Of a stretch of 64,000 nt of DNA, positions 52,201 to 61,100 are shown piece after piece; the first letter of the stretch is position 1, and every line of letters starts with the position of its first letter. The translations under genes and the position numbers were made by a program. The DNA comes from Bugula neritina. Its lineage: Eukaryota; Animalia; Bryozoa. The DNA lies in assembly GCA_964035545.1 (NCBI GenBank), contig OZ037767.1, positions 5,906,707 through 5,970,706 on the forward strand. Reading direction: 5' to 3'. The notes beneath the pieces are model-generated. The model did not search any database. It had not been told where the DNA came from and saw only the letters and a program-made list of their open reading frames with translations.

Positions 52201-55200
52201 CACAAATGCAAATAAATAAAACTTGTTTCTTTTTTTTGCATTGTATATAATATAGTGCTGTAGCAATTAAATGATTAGGTTATATTTGTCAGGTAAAGGT
52301 CATAACTTGGGTAGAGCTTTCCAAACATTCACCCTATTTTTGCCTACTGTATTTCAAGCATTCAATCAAATTTCTACTTTTGCACAACGATTTCATCGTC
52401 TTTCAGACAAATGTTAATAATTCCACGACTGGAAAAAGACAACATCCATAGTCACCATTACTACATTTCTACACACTTACTTGGACAGTTGTAAGCAGTT
52501 TACACTGCTCGATGTTTCCAAGTCCCCATTATTCTCCATACCAAAATATGTTACACAGTTGTCAGCGTAGTACTGCCAGTCTTCCCATGATGCATCAGTC
52601 TTGTCAGCTTGTCTCTGAATATGGACAGCTTTAGGCAAGGGGCTATAAAACTGCAGCACTACGTAGAACACCTGTAAATAAACAATGTGTAACTCAGGCT
52701 GCTTTTATGAGCCAATACAAATATGCATATAGTATTATGCCATTTCTAAAAATTTCAGCAACAAAAATTAACAACTACAAAACTTGAAGACAAAAATGTA
52801 TCAGAGGTCAGGTTCAAAATATGGGCAAAACTCTAAAATTACATTTGTTTTGTAGCAGAAGAAGAAACAGATTACATGTTTATGTTGCAATTTTATTTAG
52901 AATTAATAAACATATGAATTTTCACCTTGCTTACCCATTTACCGTAAAAAAAACCTTGTAGATTTAAAAGCTGTACAACCTTTGATAGATGCTTAAAATG
53001 TCTATATTCAACTGTGAGACAGCTTCATCCATATAAATAGTACACCCAAAGAATACCGATTAAAAGGCTAAACTGCATTACATACACATATGTTTAAATT
53101 ACAAAAAAATTATAAAATGCCAGAAACCACTGTATGCATGTTTGGGTTTACCTGAAACGAATCTCCCAGATCCACAGTTATGTAGATCTCATCACTTTGG
53201 CTAGAGATCCAAATAGAGTTAGTGTCACCATCATTAACAAAGGACAACGGGTGGGCATACTGGCCAACCCTACAACAATTCCACTTACTCAAAAGACACA
53301 ACACATTTCCAACACACAACACTACATAGTACTATAATATGAGATCAGTGTTGGTTAGTCATTACCCTGGCATGAAGAGACAACTTCGGCAACTGGTGCA
53401 ACGAGTTGATTAATTTTTTTCACTAACACATGTTTTCAATTTTTTTCAAAAACTTTTCAAAACACAAAATGCAAAACCTATACTATGTCTGACCAAAAAC
53501 ACTTTTCTACTGAGTCACCACTTCTTACCCTGCCATATTCAAGATTAAGTTTCTTGCTATAAAATCTTCTTACCTGAGGACTTGATCTCCGGGGTTATCA
53601 CCCATGCCATTCTTAATACAGTATCTGACAAAGAACGGCTTCACTCTAGGATGACTAGGAGGGCACCTGCAAGCACTGTGTGCATGCAGTTTAGGCAGCG
53701 TGCCTGTCATCATTTCATTCATCTCTCTTTAAAAGTGTATTAATATGTCATTTACTCAACTTGATAGCAAATGATATTTTCATATCAGTTAGGGCTACAA
53801 TGTTAGAAAGGTCATAGTGTAACAAGGTATACATTTTATAGAACTAGCATACTATTTCAGAAATTATGTGTTTTTCCATTTGCTTTTGGTGTTTTAGTGT
53901 CTGTGTGAGAGTACACTATGTATGTGCTTACGTGTGAGTGTATTTGTGTGCCCGTATACGTGTATGTATATATTGTCAACTATAAAAATTAAAAATATAG
54001 TTCCTACATAGCTAGTATAAACACATTTATCCTACACTAAATAACACACACGTATATCTTAAACTAGTTAGTACAAACACATACATCTCACACTAGTTAG
54101 TATATGACAAATTGTTACCTGTTACTAAGCGTTTCACTGTACCACCTCAGATCTTGTAGCCGACCAACAAATTGATGGGTGTCATTATTACCCAGCCCAA
54201 CTCTCACTGTGCCAGTATTATCCAAAATCTGAGCCTCCAAAAGACTAGCTACTACTGGCGAAGAGCCAACTTCGGTGCCATCAATAAATATATTTATGAA
54301 TTTGCTATATATCTAAAAACAGATAATAAAGTAGTACTATTCTAGCGCATGTACAGGTGAAGTTGGAGACTTTATTTTAGATTTCAATAAGAGCAGACCA
54401 GGTGAACATTCTAAACTTTGATACTTTCAGAGTATGTGCTTATAATAAGAGCTTTAGTCATGACCCTGTCATAGAAGATAACTCCACATAAATGTTGCAA
54501 TACTTGACAAAAAGAGCTGATGAATTCAGATGTTCAAATTAATATTTTACAAGTCTTTAAAGAAAATGCAAAAAGAATAGTTGCCCTGTGACCTGAACAG
54601 GGCAAAGGTGAGGATAAGTGTAGTAGATTTGTGGGTTCTGAATAAATTAGGCAGAGAAAATAACTCCTTGTGCAGTGAGAGATAAGAAAATATTGCGAGT
54701 AAAATGGTATTTATTGTGATATACATAAATTCTTCTTCTATGAGCTCCAGCTGTAGACTGAATTACAACTGCGAGCTCGCCTCTTTATATAGTGCACATA
54801 AGGTTTGTTCCAGAAACTTTGACCGATCTTCAGCCGAAGATCGGTATGTCGGATTCCCGACTGACCGACAATCGGTCAGTCGGGAATCCGACACTCTGAA
54901 CTTTAGTCGAAGCTGATTTACACAAAACAAACGAGTAAGAGTAAAAAAATGTTATAAACACAAAAACAAAAATAAAAGGGAGGATAACTCTGAAAACCAT
55001 TACACAGGGAATATCTGTGTAAGTAACTGCCTGAACATACCTGAATAGCAACGTGACTCCACTGGAGAGGCGGAATGTAATTATCATTAAACTGAGAAGT
55101 GGCGACTCCATCAGCGGTGAGATAAACAATAGTTATTCTATCAGAAGAGATCAACAGTTGGAATATAGTTGTTCCATCTAAACTCTGCTTGTCAACAATA

Positions 55201-56041
55201 GTCCTGTAATGAAGCGGTAAATTCAAAACCATATAAAAACAAAGTCTATCTTCCAGCCCATAATGTATAGAATCTCATTTGAGTCATCAATTATATTAAG
55301 AGTAAGTTTGAAAATCATGTTTTCATTTTAGCATTTTTTCATACGTACAAAGCTCTGAAAGATAACAAGCATGATATAAATAAACAAGCAATAATGAATA
55401 TACAACACCAACGCACAATGAGCAATGTATACCAAACGCTACTAAAGCACATAAATAGGCTGCAACACTTTACCCCGTGTTTCCAGGAAACTGTCTTATC
55501 CAGAAACCAACAGTAAGTTGTCCAACAGAGCCAATAGTGAGAGATTGCTCTGGTGTGAGGTAGCAGTCTCCATCAGCTGCAAACATAAAACACTGATAAA
55601 GTTGAGAGAACTTGCTATTATCAAATGCTAAGGCAAGCATCACAAACAAAACAAAGAAAAAAATTTTCTATAATAATAACAGTTACCTAAAAAGTTAGCT
55701 GAGAATGTTGTCAAATTAGTTCCGACATTGATAGTATCTTTAGTAACACAGACATCATAGTTTGATGCCGTCAACAGCGAAGAATGTAAAGGAAGTTCGT
55801 ATCTCAAAGGACATGCTTGATCGCAATTATCAAACACACAGGTGCTGACAGACTCTGCAGAAGTTGTACTTCGGCAGAAAGTAGATCTAGTAGGAGTTCC
55901 ACAACTACTCGAAGTTGGAGAGGTGCTTATTGGCCTCTCTCTAGCCAGATTAGAAAGAGGTGGAAAAACTCGATAATTTTGGCACGATACTAGCGTGACA
56001 CAAAAAAGGTATACTGCTAAAACTCGATAGCATAAATGCAT
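370..56041 (-). CDS. USH2A: Usherin (USH2A orthologue), multi-exon; 85 coding exons in window, about 5,053 aa, 3'-partial (cytoplasmic tail not located)
   Basis: Spliced translation shows the full usherin architecture and recognisable motifs: [73 protein letters not shown], a di-Cys region and YYSW-TM. Exon phases chain consistently; summed exon length 15,159 nt is divisible by 3 and ends at a phase-0 donor. Confidence 0.96.
1243..1345. repeat. (GA)n microsatellite grading into a G-rich polypurine tract
   Basis: Direct reading of the sequence. Confidence 0.95.
1431..18559 (-). CDS. USH2A: Usherin exons 59-84: C-terminal FN3 array
   Basis: Exons 18559-18296, 17780-17677, 17403-17202, 17080-16973, 16547-16327, 15835-15665, 15414-15264, 14938-14708, 14381-14184, 13704-13426, 13202-12947, 12488-12318, 12228-12110, 11982-11858, 11451-11289, 10660-10496, 9229-9041, 7717-7537, 6969-6854, 6107-5862, 5370-5183, 4975-4877, 3862-3627, 3005-2773, 2292-2089, 1511-1431. 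Confidence 0.91.
3035..3138. repeat. (ACAT)n microsatellite
   Basis: Imperfect tetranucleotide run just upstream of an exon acceptor. Confidence 0.93.
6113..6620. repeat. About 23-bp AT-rich minisatellite (TACAGCATACAATATACAGTATA)
   Basis: About 20 imperfect copies; source of the spurious [10 protein letters not shown] ORFs. Confidence 0.93.
7750..7959. mobile_element. Possible decayed non-autonomous DNA transposon (pogo/Tigger-like ends)
   Basis: Imperfect terminal inverted similarity: TAGTGCTCCCTCCATATCTCGC versus GTGAGATTTAGAGGGGAGAGCTGTA. Confidence 0.3.
8828..8988. repeat. (GTATATAT)n 8-bp repeat
   Basis: Direct reading; about 20 copies. Confidence 0.93.
9715..10465. repeat. 12-bp minisatellite (AGTAGAGTAGTA), about 62 copies
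   Basis: Highly homogeneous tandem array; source of the LLY/TTLL/SRVV ORFs. Confidence 0.97.
14919..15000. repeat. 28-bp tandem triplication spanning an intron/exon junction
   Basis: AGTAACATATATAGCAGAACCTGTATAA x3 (third copy diverged). Confidence 0.9.
17816..17990. repeat. 19-bp minisatellite (TAGTATACACTGTATTATA), about 9 copies
   Basis: Direct reading; period 19 (17872, 17891, 17910). Confidence 0.92.
19101..21746 (-). CDS. USH2A: Usherin exons 54-58: cysteine-rich di-cysteine (CC, galaxin-like) segment
   Basis: Exons 21746-21504, 21080-20956, 20622-20435, 19857-19677, 19265-19101. Repeated ..CCG.. motifs (ACCDG, ECCGT, VCCGG, SCCGL, QCCGG, SCCGH). Confidence 0.9.
21154..21354 (+). mobile_element. 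tRNA-derived SINE with 18-bp target-site duplication
   Basis: Flanked by identical ATATAAGTTATCAGGGAA at 21136-21153 and 21355-21372. Aligns along its length with the copy at 24980-25190 (shared core TGGTGATGTTA.GAAGA.CATC.AGTCATAATTG.TCCTGTG). Confidence 0.85.
22054..34912 (-). CDS. USH2A: Usherin exons 33-53: central FN3 array
   Basis: Exons 34912-34775, 34196-34071, 33879-33779, 33359-33174, 32492-32363, 32122-31929, 31594-31447, 30925-30804, 30478-30274, 29922-29774, 29285-29090, 28489-28367, 27645-27373, 26764-26522, 26183-26033, 25807-25689, 25462-25271, 24806-24561, 24430-24230, 22734-22529, 22262-22054. Tandem FN3 motifs in matching phases. Confidence 0.92.
23078..23330 (+). mobile_element. 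Degenerate SINE-like copy with internal 22-bp duplication
   Basis: A-box-like GGTCAAGTGGTTA, B-box-like GGGTTAAAACTCCC and a decayed core TGGTCATGACATAAAGAGTATTAAGCTAAAATTTCTTCTGTG. ATGCTAGGTGCAGGTCACAGGT is present twice. Confidence 0.45.
24980..25192 (+). mobile_element. tRNA-derived SINE, same family, with intact Pol III A/B boxes
   Basis: Head GGAGCAGCCGTGGTCTAGGGATTAGAGCGCTGGCC..GGGTTCAATTCCC has A-box and B-box. Body matches the 21154 copy. Degenerate flanking repeat GAATTATCATTCAT / GAACTATTATTCAT. Confidence 0.85.
27803..27873. repeat. 10-bp tandem repeat (GACAGGTATT) with 30-bp higher-order unit
   Basis: Direct reading. Confidence 0.8.
35207..38623 (-). CDS. USH2A: Usherin exons 26-32: two laminin G domains
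   Basis: Exons 38623-38492, 38037-37906, 37530-37430, 37007-36827, 36578-36322, 35963-35758, 35373-35207. Motifs [68 protein letters not shown]. Confidence 0.93.
38388..38478. repeat. Short tandem repeat (ATAAACACACAATATGTACACTATAT) x3
   Basis: Direct reading, next to a splice donor. Confidence 0.75.
38940..43854 (-). CDS. USH2A: Usherin exons 18-25: first fibronectin type III block
   Basis: Exons 43854-43705, 43289-43071, 42684-42409, 41898-41806, 41392-41219, 40686-40511, 40072-39931, 39167-38940. FN3 motifs W.PP..PNG.I..Y and L.PYT.Y..ACT..GC. Confidence 0.92.
40976..41087. mobile_element. Internally deleted copy of the same palindromic MITE
   Basis: TTCTATAAGCAGCTCCGAGTT..GTGCAGTAGTTT..GTTTGGAGTT..CCCCAACTCC..CACCCCAACTCGGAGCTG matches segments of both arms of 50349-50506. 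Confidence 0.7.
43979..50248 (-). CDS. USH2A: Usherin exons 9-17: ten laminin-type EGF (LE) repeats
   Basis: Exons 50248-50003, 49497-49323, 49025-48833, 48513-48354, 47849-47707, 46728-46546, 45155-44952, 44571-44406, 44142-43979. Repeated C-x-C..GQCxCKxNVxGxxCDxC pattern. Confidence 0.94.
49253..49299. repeat. 16-bp tandem repeat (GTTGAGTATTTAATAC) x3
   Basis: Copies at 49253, 49269, 49285. Confidence 0.85.
50349..50506. mobile_element. Palindromic MITE / foldback element
   Basis: About 70-bp imperfect inverted arms (TGGTTCTATTAGCAGCTCCAAGTTAGGGG.. / ..CCCCTAACCTGGAGCTGCTGATAGAACCA) around a short AT spacer. Confidence 0.8.
50769..53269 (-). CDS. USH2A: Usherin exons 6-8: laminin N-terminal (LamNT) domain
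   Basis: Exons 53269-53152, 52671-52481, 50990-50769. Motifs [57 protein letters not shown]. Confidence 0.93.
51293..51907. repeat. 34-bp minisatellite (CATCAGCTGGGTGTCACACCTAGAGCTATGACAT), about 18 copies
   Basis: Period 34 (51531, 51565, 51599..), with alternating variant units. Confidence 0.96.
53574..56041 (-). CDS. USH2A: Usherin exons 1-5: signal peptide and N-terminal LamG-like (jellyroll) domain
   Basis: Exons 56041-55687, 55576-55474, 55203-55041, 54312-54119, 53726-53574. [20 protein letters not shown] is a hydrophobic signal peptide; also [46 protein letters not shown]. All GT-AG. Confidence 0.92.
54676..55004 (-). mobile_element. Candidate solo-LTR-like insertion containing perfect hairpins
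   Basis: Minus strand begins TGTAATGG and ends ..TCTCA, with TATATAAA followed about 70 nt later by AATAAA. Internal GC-rich palindromes. Only a 3-bp (CAG) flanking match, so no convincing TSD. Confidence 0.35.
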
Positions 56042-57049
56042 TTTTGTCTAAAATAGTTTTAGGTAACTTAGATGTTACAGTCCAAATGTAGAAACATATC
56101 TTCCTTGCTTCTTCAGTTGAACTTTTTCTAAAATATAAAAATCAGCCATTGAAAATTATACCAATAATTGAACCTCAATTGTTTCAATATTGAGACAATT
56201 TATCTTATTTGCAGGTTTTGCTAGCAAAACAACACTCATCGTAACATGGCAAACCTAATAAACAACAGCAACTATGCAACAACTAAATAGTTGTTTAGGA
56301 CTAATAAATTATGTCTTTGAAATTAATTTATTTGCTACAATTTTTCAGTATAATTAGTAAACGTAGTAACACAAAAAATATGAACAGAATATCTTAGAAG
56401 TTCCAAGCTTCATGGTACTTGAAGCCATTTGAAAGCCGCTTCTCTACGCATCAAAATTGAGATTAAAAAATAGGTTGAAAGACAGAAACCATCAATTGCT
56501 ACTTGTCTATTTGTGAACTTTAGAACCTATCAGTGACTCACTACCATTAGACAAAAACCTTAATTTTAATTTAGCAACACTAATTAAATACATGAGTGTC
56601 TAATAAGTAATGAATAACGGTAAAATAATCAGTATGACCATGAGTATCACTATGACTATGACAATCGCTGTATTCATATTTATATTGAAAGTAATATTGA
56701 TATTCGGATACAATATCATATTCATGTTGAGTGTGACCTTGATATCTAAAGTTAGACTGAGATTCAAGATTGAGTACATCACTAAGAGTAACTGTAAGAG
56801 TTATACTTATAGTTATACTTATAGTAACACTAACACTAACAGTAAGTGTAACACTAACTGTGTCTGTAAGATGTAAGTGTAGGCAAAGTATAACTATAAG
56901 CAAAAGTAAATAATTTAATGCTAGAAGTAGAAGTTGAGGTAGATAATATAACAACAAGTATAGTTGATTGAGAAAAGCTGTATGAAAATTTTTATATTGC
57001 ACTGTAACATGAAGCACCACTCTTATATGGTAAAGGCAAATGAAAACCA

Positions 57050-57560
57050 ACTCATTGTGATAGCTTTCGATAAACTAGAGGCTCGCTACAACGTTAAGAA
57101 GCTTCATTGGAAACCACTTCGCATTTGTGCGAAACTAAGGTTTCCGCAGGTACCCAAATTGATCGATTATTTCGATTCAAATTAATTTTATATAACGCTT
57201 TTTCTGCAAATGATCTTATAAGCTTGGCATTGTTTTAGAACAAAACGCAATTCATAGTAACGGTATTGCCGAGTCATGGACACTTTATTTCCGTTGACTG
57301 CATAAACTAATCATTGGGGTTGCCCAATCACACTGACGTTTTAAATTTGATTCACAGTCAATTGTAATAAATATAATCACCTACTCTAATGCTGACTGCA
57401 TCAGTAAACTTTAATTTTGTGTAATATACACGCAATTAGTAATTACGCATGTGATTTTTGACGTATCAGTCTTCTCGTTGAACTAGTAGTAGTACGACTG
57501 CTGTTACTTGTACTTGTAGTTGTTAGCTGTTAGACTTTCACTTAGACTTAGTGTCAGTGT
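57050..57560. promoter_or_regulatory. Putative shared (bidirectional) promoter region between usherin and GNPNAT1
   Basis: Lies between divergent ATGs; locally richer in CpG. CCAAT at about 57324 next to TGACGT at about 57334; second TGACGT at about 57459 just before an Inr-like TCAGT. Both ATGs are preceded by acceptor-like AGs (tttag near 56048; ttgcag at 58156), implying non-coding first exons here. Confidence 0.5.
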
Positions 57561-57613
57561 GAGTGTCTGCTATTCACTGTCACACTCACCGAGTGACTGC
57601 CAGTGCGACGACT

Positions 57614-57868
57614 GGTAGTAGTCGTAGGAGACGTAGATGTAGTAGCGGTGGTAGTAGTACTAGTAGTAGTGGTGGTAGTACTAGTACTCTACTACTACTG
57701 GTAGTAGTGGTGGTGGTAGTACTACTACTAGTAGTAGTGGTAGTACTAGTAGTGGTGGTGGTAGTACTAGTAGTACTACCACCACTAGTAGTAGTAGTAG
57801 TAGTACTAGTAGTGGTAGTGATACGGACAGTGATATTGATAGTAGTAGTAGCAGCAATAGTAGTAGTA
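57614..57868. repeat. (GTA/GTG/CTA)n trinucleotide low-complexity tract
   Basis: Direct reading; source of the poly-V ORF. Confidence 0.92.
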
Positions 57869-58160
57869 TTTTATCGTTAATCTGTTTGTGTCAAATTTAA
57901 ACATATTTTATAATTTTTTGTTCTGTAAAGTGCAGAAAATCGTTTAATGGAAGTTTTTTAAGGAAATGTATTCATAATAGTAATCTTGTAAATAGGCATT
58001 GTGAAAATTTTAAAATGTGCATTATTCAATACTATTTTGCTTCTCTAGTTGAGCATGTTGTGAAAAAGTATACAATTTAAAAAAGATTTTTAGATTTAAT
58101 GTTGCATTTTGATACAGTGCACTAGTTACATTGCCATACCTACAATTTTATTGCAGTGCT

Positions 58161-61100
58161 ATGTCCAACCCTCTGTTCAGTGCTAGTCTACTAGAGTCTC
58201 TTGACTTCTCAGATTCTGAAGGTATTCATTTCAATCCAACCATCACTTTGAAGAACCCTGGAAATGCATTGACAATCAGACCTCTGCAGCGAGATGATTA
58301 TGATCATGGTAATGTCTATATTCTTTAGTGCATCTCTTCTTTCACAGTACATCTTCTGTTATGTTTAGTTTTATTTTTTACAATTTTTAACTGAATTCAA
58401 ATGAAGCTGTTTTCATATTCACAAGTGATAGATCTCGCACTTGACTCAGAAAAAGTTTATGAGGTCAACAAAGCTTTCACAGATAATAGAGCATATACAT
58501 AGCTAGTACAAACTACTGTGATTTGTGTATTATTTCATTGTGCCAGCGTAAAATCTAATTATAGCTTTTCTTGAGAGAGATGACAACTTCAAGTGGTATT
58601 TAAAATCGATGCAATACATGTAGATTATTATAGTCTATCATAGTTTTTCGGATATGGATTGTAAATATATTTTGGGTATATATTTTAAATATATTATATA
58701 TTTATATGCTCCTATATTAACGTCGTAGCAGATCGCTGTGTCATTATGTAAAAGTACTGATTAATTTTTTTTATGTTTGTGAAGCCGCTGCCATTTGTGA
58801 TCATTTTTATAAAGTGTATTTAAATAAATCAACTGTCAGCTAGTTGTGTGGAAGTTGATAGTTTTAATGAGTTATTTTTGTTTTCAATATGTTGTATCAT
58901 TCGGAAATATTTGTTATTTTAAATAATGTGATGTATGTATAGAATTTATATTAATGTTTAGTATCACACAGCCACAACTATTTAACCTATCTTTATGGAC
59001 AGAGCCTGCTAGCACTTGTTCAAACCACTATATGTTCGGCTGCTACTTGCAGGTTATTATGAGGTGTTGCGTCAGCTGACCACCGTTGGGGAACCGTCAT
59101 TGGAAGATTTCCAAAGTAAGTGCAATCATTCTTTCCAGGGATGAGTCAATGTTGATCAAAAAAATTTTCTCCAACTTAAATTGTAAATTTAAAATCTAGA
59201 AAATGTTTGCTAAGTTTTGAGCTGGCCATTTTGTACCTATGTGTGTGGTTTAAATTATTCTGTTGCGGTAACTAGAGAATAGTTGGGTCTTAAGAGAATT
59301 TTCTAATAATTTGATATTTCTGATTTCATATGGATGTCCACCAAAAGTATCCAAATTAGCGAATAAGTGAATGAAATGTTTTTCGATTTTGATTTGCCCT
59401 CACCAAAACGGTTTTTGCCCTTCTTTGCTGCAAGTTCTTTTATATCCCCTGCTTATACCTAATGCATTTATTTAAAAATTTATATAGAGTGGTTTTTTCT
59501 CTTCTAATATATTTTCAGTATTGCCATCTTTCTGATTTATTCAGCTCACTTTGTAAAATCATGTTTTATTTTAAGTACTTAATGAGGTTGCAACTGTGTT
59601 AGAGATGGTACAAATGATAACTTATTCAAAATAATACTAATTCTAATGCTTTGTATGACTAATTTAGCTTTAGTCGCATTTAAAACATGGTATATAATAA
59701 CCTTGGATTGCTTTAGATACTTGCATGCATTCAATAGAGTAAACTAGAAATGTTGATTTTACAGTCTGTAGGAAGTTATCTCCTTTTTCTGTTCATCTTA
59801 GTCACCATTGCTTGTTTATAAACTTTATGGCCTCTCTTTACACAGTCCTGCATTAAAAGCTGTAATTGGTTATTAGAATGACTTCCTTTCAGTCATGGTA
59901 AGAAAACTCCAATTGTGAGTAATATATTGTAGCGAGATTTGATGAGATGCTAGCCTGTGCTGGGACATATTACGTAATAGTCGTAGAGGACACAAATACC
60001 AAACAAGTGGTGGCATCCTGCTCGTTGGTTATAGAGAAGAAGTTTATCAGAGAATGTACCAAGAGGGGAAGAATAGAAGATGTCGTAGTAGATAGCAGTT
60101 GTAGAGGGAAACAGCTTGGCAAGCTGTGAGTGTTTATGTGTTCACAGTATAATAATACTTTGGCAGCAGTCCAAAAGGAGAAAGGTTGTTGACACTGGTT
60201 TATAAATGTTATGCTTTGCTTCGAACAGGATGTATAGCCTAAAGTTGTAGTTATATATATGATTTCATTGAGAGATATGTAATACACACTTTCAGCTGAG
60301 GATGTGTAGACAGATTTCATTCATTCTCAGCTGATAGTTGGATGTTTTACAGCAGGCTTCTATTTGTGTAAGCAGAGCTGCAGAAAAGCTAATTAATGTG
60401 CTAACAAACAACATCTTCAAGTCTTGTCTGTTTAGTGTAATACTTTCCTCTATCGATTCCCTGATCTTTTTTCGTTTAACTAGTCTTGGATATATACTAT
60501 AGGTAGCCTGTCTGTATGTATCTACTGAAGTAGGTGCAATAATGGAGAAATTGAGAAAAGCCTTGTCCTAGATTAGAAAGATAGTAAAAGAAGTTATGTT
60601 CTCGCAAGAATTTCAAGCTTCACGCCCCCAAACCAAAATGTATTAAGAAAATTAAGGAACTTAAGCTATTAGAATTTCTCCACCACTGCATCTAAATGTA
60701 TTTCTTCTGGTGTTAGTACTTCCAGTCTTAGTACTTTAACTGTTAGTACTTTAAGTGTTAGTACTTCTGGTGTTGGTACTTTATGTGTTAGTACTTCTAG
60801 TGTTAGTACTTTAACTGTTAGTACTTCTGGTGTTGGTACTTTAAGTGTTAGTACTTCTAGTGTTGGTACTTTGAGTGTTAGTACTTTGAGTGTTAGTACT
60901 TTTAGTGTTGGTACTTCTGGTGTTGGTACTTTAAGTGTTAGTACTTCTAGTGTTAGTACTTCAAGTCTTAGTACTTCAAGTCTTAGTACTTCTGGTATTA
61001 GTACTTTAAGTGTTAGTACTTTCAGTGTTAGTACTTCTAGTGTTAGTACTTTGAGTGTTAGTACTTTTAGTGTTAGTACTTCTAGTGTTAGTACTTCTAG

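Noticed and set aside
56241-56254. Promoter-proximal X-box (GTAACATGGCAAAC)
   Set aside because: Spacing and half-sites do not fit the consensus well enough.
57563-57880. Poly-Val/Ser ORF resembling a membrane protein
   Set aside because: Trinucleotide repeat with a GTG start; probably inside the GNPNAT1 5' intron.
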